Source: Oleomonas cavernae (GTDB lineage Bacteria > Pseudomonadota > Alphaproteobacteria > Zavarziniales > Zavarziniaceae). Taken from it: 24,000 bases of DNA. Location: contig NZ_QYUK01000011.1 in assembly GCF_003590945.1 (NCBI RefSeq), positions 2,922,909-2,946,908 of the forward strand, written 5' to 3'. The notes under the pieces are model-generated. The model worked only from the letters and a program-made list of their open reading frames with translations, had not been told where the DNA came from and did not search any database. Each line of letters opens with the position of its first letter. The first letter of the stretch is position 1. Shown piece by piece: positions 1 through 10,136 of this stretch. Position numbers and translations under genes: made by a program.

Positions 1-21
1 ACCGGCATCACTGCCGCCTGA
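1..21 (+). CDS. rplU: 3' end of 50S ribosomal protein L21 (partial, runs off window start)
   Basis: acc ggc atc act gcc gcc tga reads TGITAA*, resembling the ...ITGISA C-terminus of E. coli L21 as I recall it. Position immediately upstream of rpmA matches the conserved rplU-rpmA pair. Only 6 codons are visible. Confidence 0.5.
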   Translation, partial: TGITAA

Positions 22-56
22 TCCCGCGACAACGATTTGTAAGATAGGAGCGGACA

Positions 57-326
57 ATGGCTCACAAAAAAGCAGGCGGTTCATCGCGTAACGGTCGTGA
101 TTCGGCCGGTCGTCGCCTGGGCGTCAAGAAGTACGGCGGCGAGGCCGTGATCGCCGGCAACATCATCGTGCGTCAGCGCGGCACCAAGATCCATCCCGGC
201 ACCAATGTCGGCATGGGCAAGGACCACACCCTGTTCTCGCTGGTCGAGGGCAAGGTCACCTTCGCCGTCGGCAAGCTGGGCCGGACCTACGTTTCGGTCG
301 AAACCCTCCCGGCGGCGGCGGAATAA
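57..326 (+). CDS. rpmA: 50S ribosomal protein L27
   Basis: 89 aa, [28 protein letters not shown]...[25 protein letters not shown] is the canonical L27 sequence. AGGAG Shine-Dalgarno at 46-50, 6 nt before the ATG at 57. Confidence 0.97.
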   Translation: MAHKKAGGSSRNGRDSAGRRLGVKKYGGEAVIAGNIIVRQRGTKIHPGTNVGMGKDHTLFSLVEGKVTFAVGKLGRTYVSVETLPAAAE

Positions 327-370
327 TCTGCCGCGCCTCGCCGCGGCCCTTCAGGCCCGCGGCGGAATAG

Positions 371-1503
<1,133 letters not shown>

Positions 1504-1557
1504 CGATCAAGGTGAATTGCGCCACCCCTTGATCGCCTCTCAATCACGGTCCCAACC

Positions 1558-2709
1558 ATGACCATCACCGATATCGCCACCCTCGCCACGGCCGACCGGC
1601 TGAAGGCGGCCACCCGTATCGTCGTCAAGATCGGTTCCGCCCTGCTGGTCGACCAAGCCAAGGGCACCCTGCGCCGCCACTGGCTGGAAGGGGTTGCCGC
1701 CGATGTGGCAGGGCTCAAGGCCCGCGGCCAGGACGTCGTCATCGTCTCGTCCGGCGCCATCGCCCTGGGCCGGCGGGTGCTGAACCTGCCCAAGGGGCCG
1801 CTGAAGCTGGAGGAGAGCCAGGCGGCGGCCGCGGTCGGGCAGATCCGCCTGACCCACGCCTGGGCCGAGGTGCTGGCCGCCCATGATCTTTCCACCGCCC
1901 AGGTCCTGCTGACCCTGGACGATACCGAGAACCGCCGGCGTTACCTCAATGCCCGCTCGACCATGGCGACCCTGCTGCGCCTTTCCGCCGTGCCGGTGAT
2001 CAACGAGAACGACACCGTCGCCACCTCGGAAATCCGCTATGGCGACAACGACCGCCTGGCGGCGCGGGTGGCCGAGATGGCCTCTGCCGATTGCCTGATC
2101 CTGCTTTCCGACATCGACGGCCTCTATACCGCCAATCCCAATGTCGACCCCGCCGCGCGGCGCCTGGACACGGTCACCGGCATCACGGCGGAAATCGAGG
2201 CGATGGCGGGTGAGCCGGTCTCGGGCGTCGGCTCGGGCGGGATGATCACCAAGGTGGCAGCGGCCCGCATCGCGCTGGCGGCCGGCTGTTCCATGGTCAT
2301 TGCCTCGGGCCATGTCGACCGGCCGATCTCGGCCCTGGCCGCCGGGGCCGGCTGCACCTGGTTCCTGGCCGAGCGCAGCCCGCGCCAGGCACGCAAGCTG
2401 TGGATCGGCGGCAGCTTAGGCCCCAAGGGCCGGCTGATCGTCGACGAGGGTGCCGTTCGGGCGCTGGCCGCGGGCAAGAGCCTGCTGCCGGCCGGGGTGC
2501 GGCAGGTCGACGGCGAGTTCAGCCGGGGCGATGCGGTGATCGTCGTCGGGCCGGACGGCCGGGCCCTGGGCCGCGGCCTGGTCGCCTATGGCCACGAGGA
2601 CGCCCGCGCCATCGCCGGGCACAAATCCGGTGAAATCGAGGCCCTGCTCGGCTACCGTGGCCGGGATGAGATGATCCATCGCGACGACCTCGCCCTGGAC
2701 GGCCGGTGA
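1558..2709 (+). CDS. proB: glutamate 5-kinase (with C-terminal PUA domain)
   Basis: 383 aa. Has VVKIGSALL near the N-terminus, [32 protein letters not shown], and a C-terminal PUA-like [24 protein letters not shown]...FSRGDAV. Precedes proA with a GTGA start/stop overlap. Confidence 0.95.
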   Translation: MTITDIATLATADRLKAATRIVVKIGSALLVDQAKGTLRRHWLEGVAADVAGLKARGQDVVIVSSGAIALGRRVLNLPKGPLKLEESQAAAAVGQIRLTHAWAEVLAAHDLSTAQVLLTLDDTENRRRYLNARSTMATLLRLSAVPVINENDTVATSEIRYGDNDRLAARVAEMASADCLILLSDIDGLYTANPNVDPAARRLDTVTGITAEIEAMAGEPVSGVGSGGMITKVAAARIALAAGCSMVIASGHVDRPISALAAGAGCTWFLAERSPRQARKLWIGGSLGPKGRLIVDEGAVRALAAGKSLLPAGVRQVDGEFSRGDAVIVVGPDGRALGRGLVAYGHEDARAIAGHKSGEIEALLGYRGRDEMIHRDDLALDGR

Positions 2710-4004
2710 CAATCATGCGCGAAGCAACCAAGGCCCTGCCCGCCGAACCCCTCGATGCCACCGCCCTGGTCGCCGACATGGGCCGCCGCGCCCGTGCCGC
2801 CGCCGCCATCCTGGCGCAGCTTTCTCCCGAGGCCAAAACCGCCGCCCTCAATGCCGCCGCCGCTGCCATCCGCGCGGCCACGCCGGCGATCCTGGCCGCC
2901 AATGCGATCGACCTGGAACAGGGCCGGGCACGGGGCATGAAGGCCGCCTTCCTGGACCGCCTGGCGCTCGATGCCGGCCGCATCGAGGGGATTGCCAAGG
3001 GCCTGGAGGTGGTCGCCGCGCTGCCCGATCCGGTGGGCACGGTGATCGCGCAATGGGACCGGCCCAACGGCCTGCACATCCAGCGGGTGCGGGCACCCAT
3101 CGGCGTGATCGGCATCATCTATGAAAGCCGGCCCAATGTAACCGCCGACGCCGGCGCCCTGTGCGTGCGCTCGGGCAATGCCGCGATCCTGCGCGGCGGC
3201 TCGGAGGCGCTGGCCTCGTCCCGCGCCATCCATGCCGCCATGGTCCAGGGTCTGGCCGCCCATGGCGTGCCCCTGGACGCCGTGCAACTGGTCGAGACCG
3301 GCGACCGCGCCGTGGTCGGCGCCATGCTGGCGGCGCAGGGTCTGATCGACGTGATCGTGCCGCGCGGCGGCAAGTCGCTGGTCGCCCGGGTCCAGACCGA
3401 GGCCCGGGTACCCGTGCTGGCCCACCTGGATGGCAATTGTCACACCTATGTCGACGGCGCGGCCGATCTCGCCATGGCCTTGAGCGTGGTGCGTAACGCC
3501 AAGCTGCGCCGCACCGGCATCTGCGGCGCGACCGAAACCGTGCTGGTGGCCAAGGCGGCGCAGGCGTTCCTGGCACCGATCGCGACCATGCTGCTGGATG
3601 CCGGCTGCGAAGTGCGCGGCGACGCGGCGACCCAGGCGGTCGACGCCCGGGTGAAGCCCGCGACCGATGCCGACTGGGACACGGAATACGAGGATGCCAT
3701 CGTCGCCATGAAGCTGGTCGACGATGTCGACGCCGCCATCGCCCATGTCGAGCGCCACGGCAGCCATCACACCGACGCGATCATCACGCAGGATCCGGTA
3801 GCGGCCGAGAAGTTCCTGGCCGGCGTCGATTCCGCCATCGTCATGGTCAATGCCTCGACCCAGTTCGCCGACGGCGGCGAATTCGGCTTCGGCGCCGAGA
3901 TCGGCATCGCCACCGGCCGCCTCCATGCCCGCGGCCCGGTGGGTGCCGAACAGCTCACCACCATGAAGTACCTGGTGCGCGGCACCGGCCAGATACGCCC
4001 TTGA
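2706..4004 (+). CDS. proA: gamma-glutamyl phosphate reductase (glutamate-5-semialdehyde dehydrogenase)
   Basis: 432 aa. Aldehyde-dehydrogenase-type sequence with the catalytic Cys context [14 protein letters not shown] and the [11 protein letters not shown] motif. GTG start at 2706 overlaps the proB stop (2707-2709). Confidence 0.95.
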   Translation: MTIMREATKALPAEPLDATALVADMGRRARAAAAILAQLSPEAKTAALNAAAAAIRAATPAILAANAIDLEQGRARGMKAAFLDRLALDAGRIEGIAKGLEVVAALPDPVGTVIAQWDRPNGLHIQRVRAPIGVIGIIYESRPNVTADAGALCVRSGNAAILRGGSEALASSRAIHAAMVQGLAAHGVPLDAVQLVETGDRAVVGAMLAAQGLIDVIVPRGGKSLVARVQTEARVPVLAHLDGNCHTYVDGAADLAMALSVVRNAKLRRTGICGATETVLVAKAAQAFLAPIATMLLDAGCEVRGDAATQAVDARVKPATDADWDTEYEDAIVAMKLVDDVDAAIAHVERHGSHHTDAIITQDPVAAEKFLAGVDSAIVMVNASTQFADGGEFGFGAEIGIATGRLHARGPVGAEQLTTMKYLVRGTGQIRP

Positions 4005-4028
4005 TTACTTCACCCCGTGTCGTCGTCA

Positions 4029-4171
4029 GGCCCTCTCCGCCGCTCGCGGGGGAGAGGGAGGGGACCCGTCGCGCAGCGATGGGGAGGGTGAGGTGGTCTG
4101 CGGGACAGGCTGCGCCTTACGCCGACCACCCACCTCACCCCACCCTCTCCCCCTGAAGGGCGGAGAGGGCT
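4029..4171. repeat. composite REP/MITE-like palindromic element (ccctctcc...ggagaggg family)
   Basis: Hairpin 4031-4058 (ccctctcc / ggagaggg). 11-bp inverted repeat gggtgaggtgg 4086-4096 / ccacctcaccc 4130-4140. Hairpin 4143-4169 (ccctctcc / ggagaggg). Right half aligns with the right arm of the DUF559 unit at 14311-14350. Confidence 0.75.
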
Positions 4172-4181
4172 ACCAAGCCTT

Positions 4182-4805
4182 GTGGCATCGGGCATGACCC
4201 GGTCCATCCGTACCGCCGCGGCCGCCGGCGGGCTGACCATCGGGCTGTTCGGCGGGTCGTTCAATCCGGCGCACAGCGGTCACCTGGACCTGAGCCTGGC
4301 CGCCCTGCGCCACCTGGGGCTCGACGAGGTCTGGTGGCTGGTCTCGCCGCAGAACCCGCTCAAGCCCATGAACGGCATGGCGCCCTTTGCCGAACGTTTC
4401 GCCACGGCGCAGGCCGTCGCCCGGCACCCGCGCCTGGTCGTCACCGACATCGAAACCAGGCTGGGCACGGTCTATACCGCGCAGACCCTGCGCCGGCTGA
4501 CCGCGCGCTTTCCGCGCCTGCGTTTCGTCTGGCTGATGGGGGCCGACAACCTCGCCACCATCCACCGCTGGCGCGACTGGCAGGACATCTTCGACCGTGT
4601 CGCCGTTGCCGTCTTCGACCGGCCTTCCTATTCTTTGACCGCATTGGGCGGGCCGGCAGCCCGGCGATTCGCGCGCGTCCGGCAGCACGGACCAGCGTTG
4701 CGCACCCTGAAATTTGCCAAGCCGCCCGTCTGGGGCTTCGTCACCATGAAATTGAACCCGGTTTCCGCCAGCGCCATTCGGGCGGCCCGGGCCCACAACA
4801 AGTAG
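4182..4805 (+). CDS. nadD: nicotinate-nucleotide adenylyltransferase
   Basis: 207 aa. GLFGGSFNPAHSGH carries the HxGH nucleotidyltransferase signature, followed by VWWLVSPQNPLK. The start is GTG 4182 or the in-frame ATG 4194. Confidence 0.9.
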   Translation: MASGMTRSIRTAAAAGGLTIGLFGGSFNPAHSGHLDLSLAALRHLGLDEVWWLVSPQNPLKPMNGMAPFAERFATAQAVARHPRLVVTDIETRLGTVYTAQTLRRLTARFPRLRFVWLMGADNLATIHRWRDWQDIFDRVAVAVFDRPSYSLTALGGPAARRFARVRQHGPALRTLKFAKPPVWGFVTMKLNPVSASAIRAARAHNK

Positions 4806-4903
4806 GAGGATACCCTGGCCCCGCGTAAAAAGATCACGGACGAGATCCCGCCCGAAGCAGCCCCAAGAAGAAGGCTGCGCCCAAGAAAGTCGTCGCCGCC
4901 GAG

Positions 4904-5425
4904 GTGGTGCAGAAGAAACTGCCGGCCAAGAAGCTGAAGGCCGAACCGGCCGAGACGATCGCCGAAAAGCCCAAGCGGGCCCGCGCCAAGAAAGTCGCCG
5001 AGGAGACGGTCGCCGCCGAACCCGCGCCCAAGAAGTCGCGCGCCAAGCCGAAGGCGAAAAAGAAGGCCGGCCCGACCGATGGCGCCAAGGTCCTGCTCGA
5101 CCTGGTGGTCAAGACGCTGGACGACAACAAGGGCGAGGAGATCCTGACCATCGACCTGGCCGGCAAGTCCTCGATCGCCGATTTCATGGTCATCGCCAAC
5201 GGCCGCTCGGGGCGGCAGGTGACGGCGCTGGCCAATTACGTCGTCGATGCCATCGCCAAGGCCGGGCTGCCGCCCTGCCGCACCGAGGGCAAGAGCGCCG
5301 GCGACTGGGTGCTGATCGATGCGGGCGATGTCATCGTCCACCTGTTCCGTCCGGAGGTGCGCGAGTTCTACAAGCTCGAGAAGATGTGGCAGGCCGATTT
5401 CCGCCCTGAAGCCGAGCACGAGTGA
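4904..5425 (+). CDS. rsfS: ribosomal silencing factor RsfS (Iojap/YbeB family) with a Lys/Ala/Pro-rich N-terminal extension; true start uncertain
   Basis: Core LLDLVVKTLDDNKGEEILTIDLAGKSSIADFMVIANGRSGRQVTALANYVVDAI...WVLIDAGDVIVHLFRPEVREFYKLEKMW is typical RsfS. The conserved nadD-rsfS-rlmH order supports the call. GTG 4904 has no convincing SD; see the finding on a possible upstream start at 4815. Confidence 0.88.
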   Translation: MVQKKLPAKKLKAEPAETIAEKPKRARAKKVAEETVAAEPAPKKSRAKPKAKKKAGPTDGAKVLLDLVVKTLDDNKGEEILTIDLAGKSSIADFMVIANGRSGRQVTALANYVVDAIAKAGLPPCRTEGKSAGDWVLIDAGDVIVHLFRPEVREFYKLEKMWQADFRPEAEHE

Positions 5426-5892
5426 GCCTGGGGCTCAAACTGGCGATCGTCGCCGTCGGCCGGTTCGGGGGGAAAGACCCCGAGCGGGCCTTGTTCGAGA
5501 CCTACGCCGCCCGGATGAAACCGCCGATCGAGTTGATCGAGGTCGAGGAGCGGCGCCTCAGCGGTCCCGCCCGGCAAAAGCGCGAAGGCGAGTTGCTGCT
5601 GGCGGCGGTGCCGGCAAGTGCCGCCATCGTCGCCATGGACGGCCGGGGCGAGGTCCTGTCGTCGGAAGCCCTGGCCGCGCGGCTGAACCGGCTGCGATCC
5701 CAGGCGGCCGGCCGGGTCGCCTTCCTGATCGGCGGGGCGGACGGGCATGATGACGCGGTTCGCAGCCGGGCCGCCTTCTGCTATTCCTTTGGCCCCGCGA
5801 CATGGCCGCACCTGATGGTCCGTGCCATGCTCGCAGAGCAGCTATACCGCGCCTCGACGATCCTGGACGGGCATCCTTATCACCGTGCTTGA
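5422..5892 (+). CDS. rlmH: 23S rRNA (pseudouridine1915-N3)-methyltransferase RlmH (SPOUT family)
   Basis: 156 aa. Has AFLIGGADGH...SFGPATWPHLMVRAMLAEQLYRASTILDGHPYHR, the RlmH C-terminal signature. GTG start overlaps the rsfS stop (GTGA). Confidence 0.9.
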   Translation: MSLGLKLAIVAVGRFGGKDPERALFETYAARMKPPIELIEVEERRLSGPARQKREGELLLAAVPASAAIVAMDGRGEVLSSEALAARLNRLRSQAAGRVAFLIGGADGHDDAVRSRAAFCYSFGPATWPHLMVRAMLAEQLYRASTILDGHPYHRA

Positions 5893-5926
5893 GTTATCCA
5901 GGTGACTGTTTCCTCAAGGTTCTGCC

Positions 5927-7522
5927 ATGACTGACGCCGCCCTGACCGTTTCCCCGCAAAAGCCCGTGGTGCTGTGCATCCTGGACGGCTGGGGCTGGCG
6001 CGAGGGTGGCGAGGACAATGCCATCGCCAAGGCGCGGACGCCCAATTACAACCGCCTGCTCGACACCTGCCCGCGCGCCCTGATCGAAACCTCAGGGCTC
6101 TCGGTCGGCCTGCCGGAAGGCCAGATGGGCAATTCCGAGGTCGGCCACATGAACCTGGGCGGCGGCCGGGTGGTGATGCAGGACCTGCCGCGCATCGACC
6201 AGGCCGCGGCCGACGGCTCCCTGGCCGAGAATGCCACCCTGCTCAAGGTGATCGAGGCGACCAAGGCCCGTGGCGGCACGCTGCACATCCTGGGCCTGCT
6301 GTCGCCGGGCGGCGTGCATTCCCACCAGGAACACATGGCTGCCCTGGTCAAGATCGCCTCGACCCATGGGATCAAGGTCGCGGTTCACGCCTTCACCGAC
6401 GGCCGCGATACGCCACCCCAGAGCGCGCTCGAATTCCTGGGCGACTTCCAGGCCGCGCTGGCCGACGTGCCCGGCTGGTCGATCGCCACGGTCAGCGGGC
6501 GCTATTTCGCCATGGACCGCGACAAGCGCTGGGACCGCGTCTCGCAAGCCTTCGCCGCCCTGGTCGAGGGCCAGGGCGCCCAGGCGCCGAGCGCGCGGGC
6601 AGCGATCGAGGCGTCCTATGCCGCCGGCGTGAACGACGAGTTCGTCAAGCCCGCGGTGATCGGCAGCTATCGCGGCATGAATGACGGCGACGGCCTGCTG
6701 ATGGCCAATTTCCGGGCCGACCGGGCGCGCGAAATCCTGGTCGCGCTGCTCGATCCCCATTTCGACGGCTTTGCCCGCGAACGCCTGCCCCGCTTTGCCG
6801 GGGTCGCCGGCATGGTCGAATATTCGAGCCAGTTGACCGCCCTGATCCCGGCGATCTTCCCGGCCGAACGGGTCGAGGATCCCCTGGGCGCCGTGGTGGC
6901 CAAGGCCGGCATGACGCAGTTGCGCATCGCCGAGACCGAGAAATACGCCCACGTCACCTTCTTCTTCAACGGCGGCGAGGAAACCGTGTTCGCGGGCGAG
7001 GACCGCATCCTGGTGCCCAGCCCCAAGGTCGCGACCTACGACCTCGAGCCCGCCATGGCGGCCGTCGAGGTGACCGACCGCCTGGTCGAGGCGATCACGG
7101 GGAAGAAATATGACCTGATCGTGGTCAACTACGCCAACCCGGACATGGTCGGCCACACCGGCTTCATGGCCGCCGCGATCACCGCGGTCGAGACCATCGA
7201 TGCCTGCCTGGGGCGCCTGTCGGGGGCGGTCGAACAGGCTGGCGGCGTCATGCTGGTCACGGCCGACCACGGCAATATCGAGCAGATGTTCGATCCGCAG
7301 ACCGGCGGCGCCTACACCGCCCATACCACCAACTTGGTGCCGGCCCTGCTGGTGAATGCCGCGGCCAAGGTGGAGCTGCGCAGCGGCCGGCTGGCCGATA
7401 TCGCACCGACCCTGCTGCCCTTCCTGGGGCTGGACCAGCCGGCGGCGATGACCGGGCGGGCGCTGCTGGCGCCGGCCGGAACGGGGGTCGCCGGCCATGC
7501 CCCGCGTCACGCCAGCGCCTGA
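5927..7522 (+). CDS. gpmI: 2,3-bisphosphoglycerate-independent phosphoglycerate mutase
   Basis: 531 aa. VLCILDGWGWRE, then GQMGNSEVGHMNLGGGRVV (catalytic Ser context), and ADHGN near the C-terminus. Confidence 0.95.
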   Translation: MTDAALTVSPQKPVVLCILDGWGWREGGEDNAIAKARTPNYNRLLDTCPRALIETSGLSVGLPEGQMGNSEVGHMNLGGGRVVMQDLPRIDQAAADGSLAENATLLKVIEATKARGGTLHILGLLSPGGVHSHQEHMAALVKIASTHGIKVAVHAFTDGRDTPPQSALEFLGDFQAALADVPGWSIATVSGRYFAMDRDKRWDRVSQAFAALVEGQGAQAPSARAAIEASYAAGVNDEFVKPAVIGSYRGMNDGDGLLMANFRADRAREILVALLDPHFDGFARERLPRFAGVAGMVEYSSQLTALIPAIFPAERVEDPLGAVVAKAGMTQLRIAETEKYAHVTFFFNGGEETVFAGEDRILVPSPKVATYDLEPAMAAVEVTDRLVEAITGKKYDLIVVNYANPDMVGHTGFMAAAITAVETIDACLGRLSGAVEQAGGVMLVTADHGNIEQMFDPQTGGAYTAHTTNLVPALLVNAAAKVELRSGRLADIAPTLLPFLGLDQPAAMTGRALLAPAGTGVAGHAPRHASA

Positions 7523-8813
7523 CCGCACCCTTTGCCTGACAGCCCTGTTCCTGGCGGCGGCCGGTCTTGGCCCCGCCTGTCTCGCCTTTGCCCAGGATGC
7601 CGACCCCGACAAGCTGCGCGCCGTCCAGGGCGAGTTGGACGAGGCCCGGCGCCGCCGGGCGGCACTCGCCGATGAACAGACCCGCCTGGCGGCCGAGGTC
7701 GCCCGCCTGAAGGATGAATTGGTGCAGCGGGCCACCAGCCTGCGCGCCCGTGAATCGGAGGCGACCGCGCTGGAACGGCGCCTGGCCGAGTTGGGCGCCT
7801 CGGAAGCGGAGAAGCTGGCCGCCCTGGCCGACCGGCGGGCCGCCTTGTCGCGCCTGCTGGGGGCGCTCACCCGCCTGTCGCGCCGGCCGCCGGTGTTGCT
7901 GATGGTGGAGCGGCAGAACGCGCTGGAACTGGCCCACACCGGCACCGTGCTGCGCGACCTGGTTCCGCACCTGCGCGACCGCGCCTTGGCCCTCAGCCGC
8001 GACCTCGCGGCCCTTGGCGCCCTGCGCGCCCGCCTAGCCTCCGACCGGGCCAGCCTGGAGGCGACCCTCTCGGCCCTGGCGATCGAACGGGGCGAAATCG
8101 ACCGGCTGCTGGCGCAGAAGGCACAGGACAGCAAGCGCCTGGCGCAACTCGAGCAGACCGAACGGCGCCGAGTCGACAGCCTGGCGGCCCGGGCCAAGTC
8201 GATCGAGGAGCTGATCGCGGCGGTCGAACGGGAACGCGAGGAGCAGGCCCGCCAAGCGGCCCAGGCGGCCGCCCGCGCCGCCGCCGAGCGGATCGCGGCG
8301 CAGGCCGCGGCCCAGCCGCCCCAGGCACAGGCCGTGGCCGCAGCGCCCCCCGAGGTGCCCGACACACCCGCGCAGGCGGCACCGGCGCCCGCCATGGCCC
8401 GCTTTTCAACCCTGAGGGGCAAATTGGCCTGGCCGGCGGCGGGCGAGATCGTCGCCCGCTTCGGCCAGGCCCAAGGCAACGGCCTGACCTCGCGCGGGTT
8501 TCGCCTCGCCACCAGGGCCGGGGCCGCGGTCACCAGTCCTGCCGCCGGGGATGTCGCCTTCGCCGGTCCGTTCCGCGGCTACGGGCAGCTATTGATCCTG
8601 GCACAAGGCGACGGGTATCATCTGCTTCTCGCGGGGATGGAGCGGATCGACGTGGCCGTCGGACAGAAGGTTTTGGCGGGCGAGCCGGTCGGGCAAATGG
8701 CAGGGGCCAATGACGGCGCCCGGCCAATGTTGTATGTCGAGCTCAGGCACGATGGCGAGCCGGTCGACTTGACTCCCTGGCTCGTTCCAGGTGCTACCAA
8801 GGTAAGCGGATGA
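7497..8813 (+). CDS. envC: murein hydrolase activator EnvC-like protein (coiled coil plus degenerate LytM/M23 domain)
   Basis: Signal peptide (LCLTALFLAAAGLGPACLAFAQD) and a long Arg/Ala/Leu/Glu coiled-coil region. The C-terminal LytM-like domain ends PMLYVELRHDGEPVDLTPWL (compare E. coli EnvC PSLYFEIRRQGQAVNPQPWL from memory). The HxxxD and HxH zinc-ligand positions are not conserved. Position after gpmI matches the E. coli gpmM-envC-yibQ order. Confidence 0.8.
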   Translation: MPRVTPAPDRTLCLTALFLAAAGLGPACLAFAQDADPDKLRAVQGELDEARRRRAALADEQTRLAAEVARLKDELVQRATSLRARESEATALERRLAELGASEAEKLAALADRRAALSRLLGALTRLSRRPPVLLMVERQNALELAHTGTVLRDLVPHLRDRALALSRDLAALGALRARLASDRASLEATLSALAIERGEIDRLLAQKAQDSKRLAQLEQTERRRVDSLAARAKSIEELIAAVEREREEQARQAAQAAARAAAERIAAQAAAQPPQAQAVAAAPPEVPDTPAQAAPAPAMARFSTLRGKLAWPAAGEIVARFGQAQGNGLTSRGFRLATRAGAAVTSPAAGDVAFAGPFRGYGQLLILAQGDGYHLLLAGMERIDVAVGQKVLAGEPVGQMAGANDGARPMLYVELRHDGEPVDLTPWLVPGATKVSG

Positions 8814-10108
8814 TGCGAATGAATCGTGCACTGACGGCCCTGCTCGCGTTTGCTGCGGGGGCAGCCATTCCCCTATGTGTCCAGGCCGGCACCGCCGAGA
8901 CCTACCGACAGCTCAACCTGTTCGGCGACGTCTTCGAGCGCGTCAAGAGCGACTATGTGGACGAGGTCACCGACGAGAAGCTGGTCGAGGCGGCCATCAA
9001 CGGCATGCTCGCCTCGCTCGACCCGCATTCCAGCTACATGAACGCCAAGGCCTTCTCGGACATGCAGGTCCAGACGCGCGGCGAATTCGGTGGCTTGGGG
9101 ATAGAGGTCACCATGGAGAACGGCTTCGTCAAGGTGGTGACCCCCATCGACGATACCCCCGCCTCCCGCGCCGGCCTGAAGACCGGCGACTATATCGTGG
9201 CGCTGGACGGCAAGGAGGTCCTGGGCCTGACCCTGCAGGACGCGGTCGAGAAGATGCGCGGCCCCGTGGATTCCAAGATCGTCGTCTCGATCAAGCGCGA
9301 GGGCATCGCCAAGCCCTTCGACGTGACGCTGACCCGCGCCGTGATCAAGATCCGTGCCGTGCGCTGGCGCCGCGAGGGCGACGTCATCTATGTCCGCATC
9401 ACCCAGTTCAACGAGCAGGTGGACGTCAACCTGAAGAAGGCGATCACCGACCTGACCCGCGAGATTGGGCCGGACAAGGTGAAGGGCATCGTGCTCGACC
9501 TGCGCAACGATCCCGGCGGCCTGCTCGACCAGGCGATCGCGGTCTCGGACGAATTCCTCGACCGCGGCGAGATCGTCTCGACCCGCGGCCGCCAGCCCGA
9601 CGACGTGTCGCGTTACAGTGCAACCCGCGGCGACCTGGTCGACGGCAAGCCGGTGGTGGTGCTGATCAACGGCGGCTCGGCCTCGGCCTCGGAAATCGTC
9701 GCCGGCGCCCTGCAGGACCACAAGCGCGCCTTCATCATGGGCACGCGGTCGTTCGGCAAGGGTTCGGTCCAGACCATCATCCCGCTGCCCAACCAGGGTG
9801 CCTTGCGCCTGACCACGGCGCGCTACTTCACGCCGTCGGGCCGCTCGATCCAGGCCAAGGGCATCGAGCCGGATCGCGAAGTGATCCAGCCGCCGCCCGA
9901 AGGCAGCAAGCCCGAGGATGCGCCGCAGCTCCGCTCGGAGGCCGACCTGCCCAACCACCTGCCCGGCGACGGCGATGGCGCCGAGGACGACAAGCCGCGC
10001 AGCGCCGAGGAAATCCCCGAGGATCGCAGCAAGGACTTCCAGCTCGACGAAGCGCTCAAGGTGATCGGCACCCTGAAGGTGGTCGACGGCAAGCTGGTCC
10101 AGAACTGA
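8810..10108 (+). CDS. ctpA: carboxy-terminal processing protease (peptidase S41)
   Basis: 432 aa with a signal peptide and a PDZ segment (GLKTGDYIVALDGKEV). The S41 catalytic contexts GGSASASEIVAGALQD and TRSFGKGSVQ are present, followed by RLTTARYFTPSGRSIQ. ATGA overlap with envC. Confidence 0.92.
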   Translation: MMRMNRALTALLAFAAGAAIPLCVQAGTAETYRQLNLFGDVFERVKSDYVDEVTDEKLVEAAINGMLASLDPHSSYMNAKAFSDMQVQTRGEFGGLGIEVTMENGFVKVVTPIDDTPASRAGLKTGDYIVALDGKEVLGLTLQDAVEKMRGPVDSKIVVSIKREGIAKPFDVTLTRAVIKIRAVRWRREGDVIYVRITQFNEQVDVNLKKAITDLTREIGPDKVKGIVLDLRNDPGGLLDQAIAVSDEFLDRGEIVSTRGRQPDDVSRYSATRGDLVDGKPVVVLINGGSASASEIVAGALQDHKRAFIMGTRSFGKGSVQTIIPLPNQGALRLTTARYFTPSGRSIQAKGIEPDREVIQPPPEGSKPEDAPQLRSEADLPNHLPGDGDGAEDDKPRSAEEIPEDRSKDFQLDEALKVIGTLKVVDGKLVQN

Positions 10109-10136
10109 CGAACGCAAGACGCGGGGCGCGCGGGCA

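Noticed and set aside
1505-1534. Hairpin gatcaagg...ccttgatc between obg and proB, and a similar one (accgatcg...cgatcggt, 15323-15345) just after the lipoprotein stop
   Set aside because: Both lack a following U tract and have modest stems. That is not enough to call terminators.
2652-3926. 424-aa minus-strand ORF antisense to proA, plus the cluster of shorter ORFs within proB/proA
   Set aside because: Same reasoning: it is the shadow of a well-supported gene, with low-complexity G/A/R/D composition and no start context.
4010-4264. 84-aa minus-strand ORF across the proA-nadD spacer
   Set aside because: It is a read-through of the palindromic repeat (…PLPLPRERRRG…), overlaps the nadD start, and has no coding signal.
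6092-8533. 813-aa ORF on the minus strand antisense to gpmI and envC
   Set aside because: Its composition is Arg/Ala/Ser/Gly-rich nonsense with no recognisable domain, while the opposite strand encodes two clearly homologous proteins. Long antisense ORFs are expected in high-GC DNA because stop codons are depleted.
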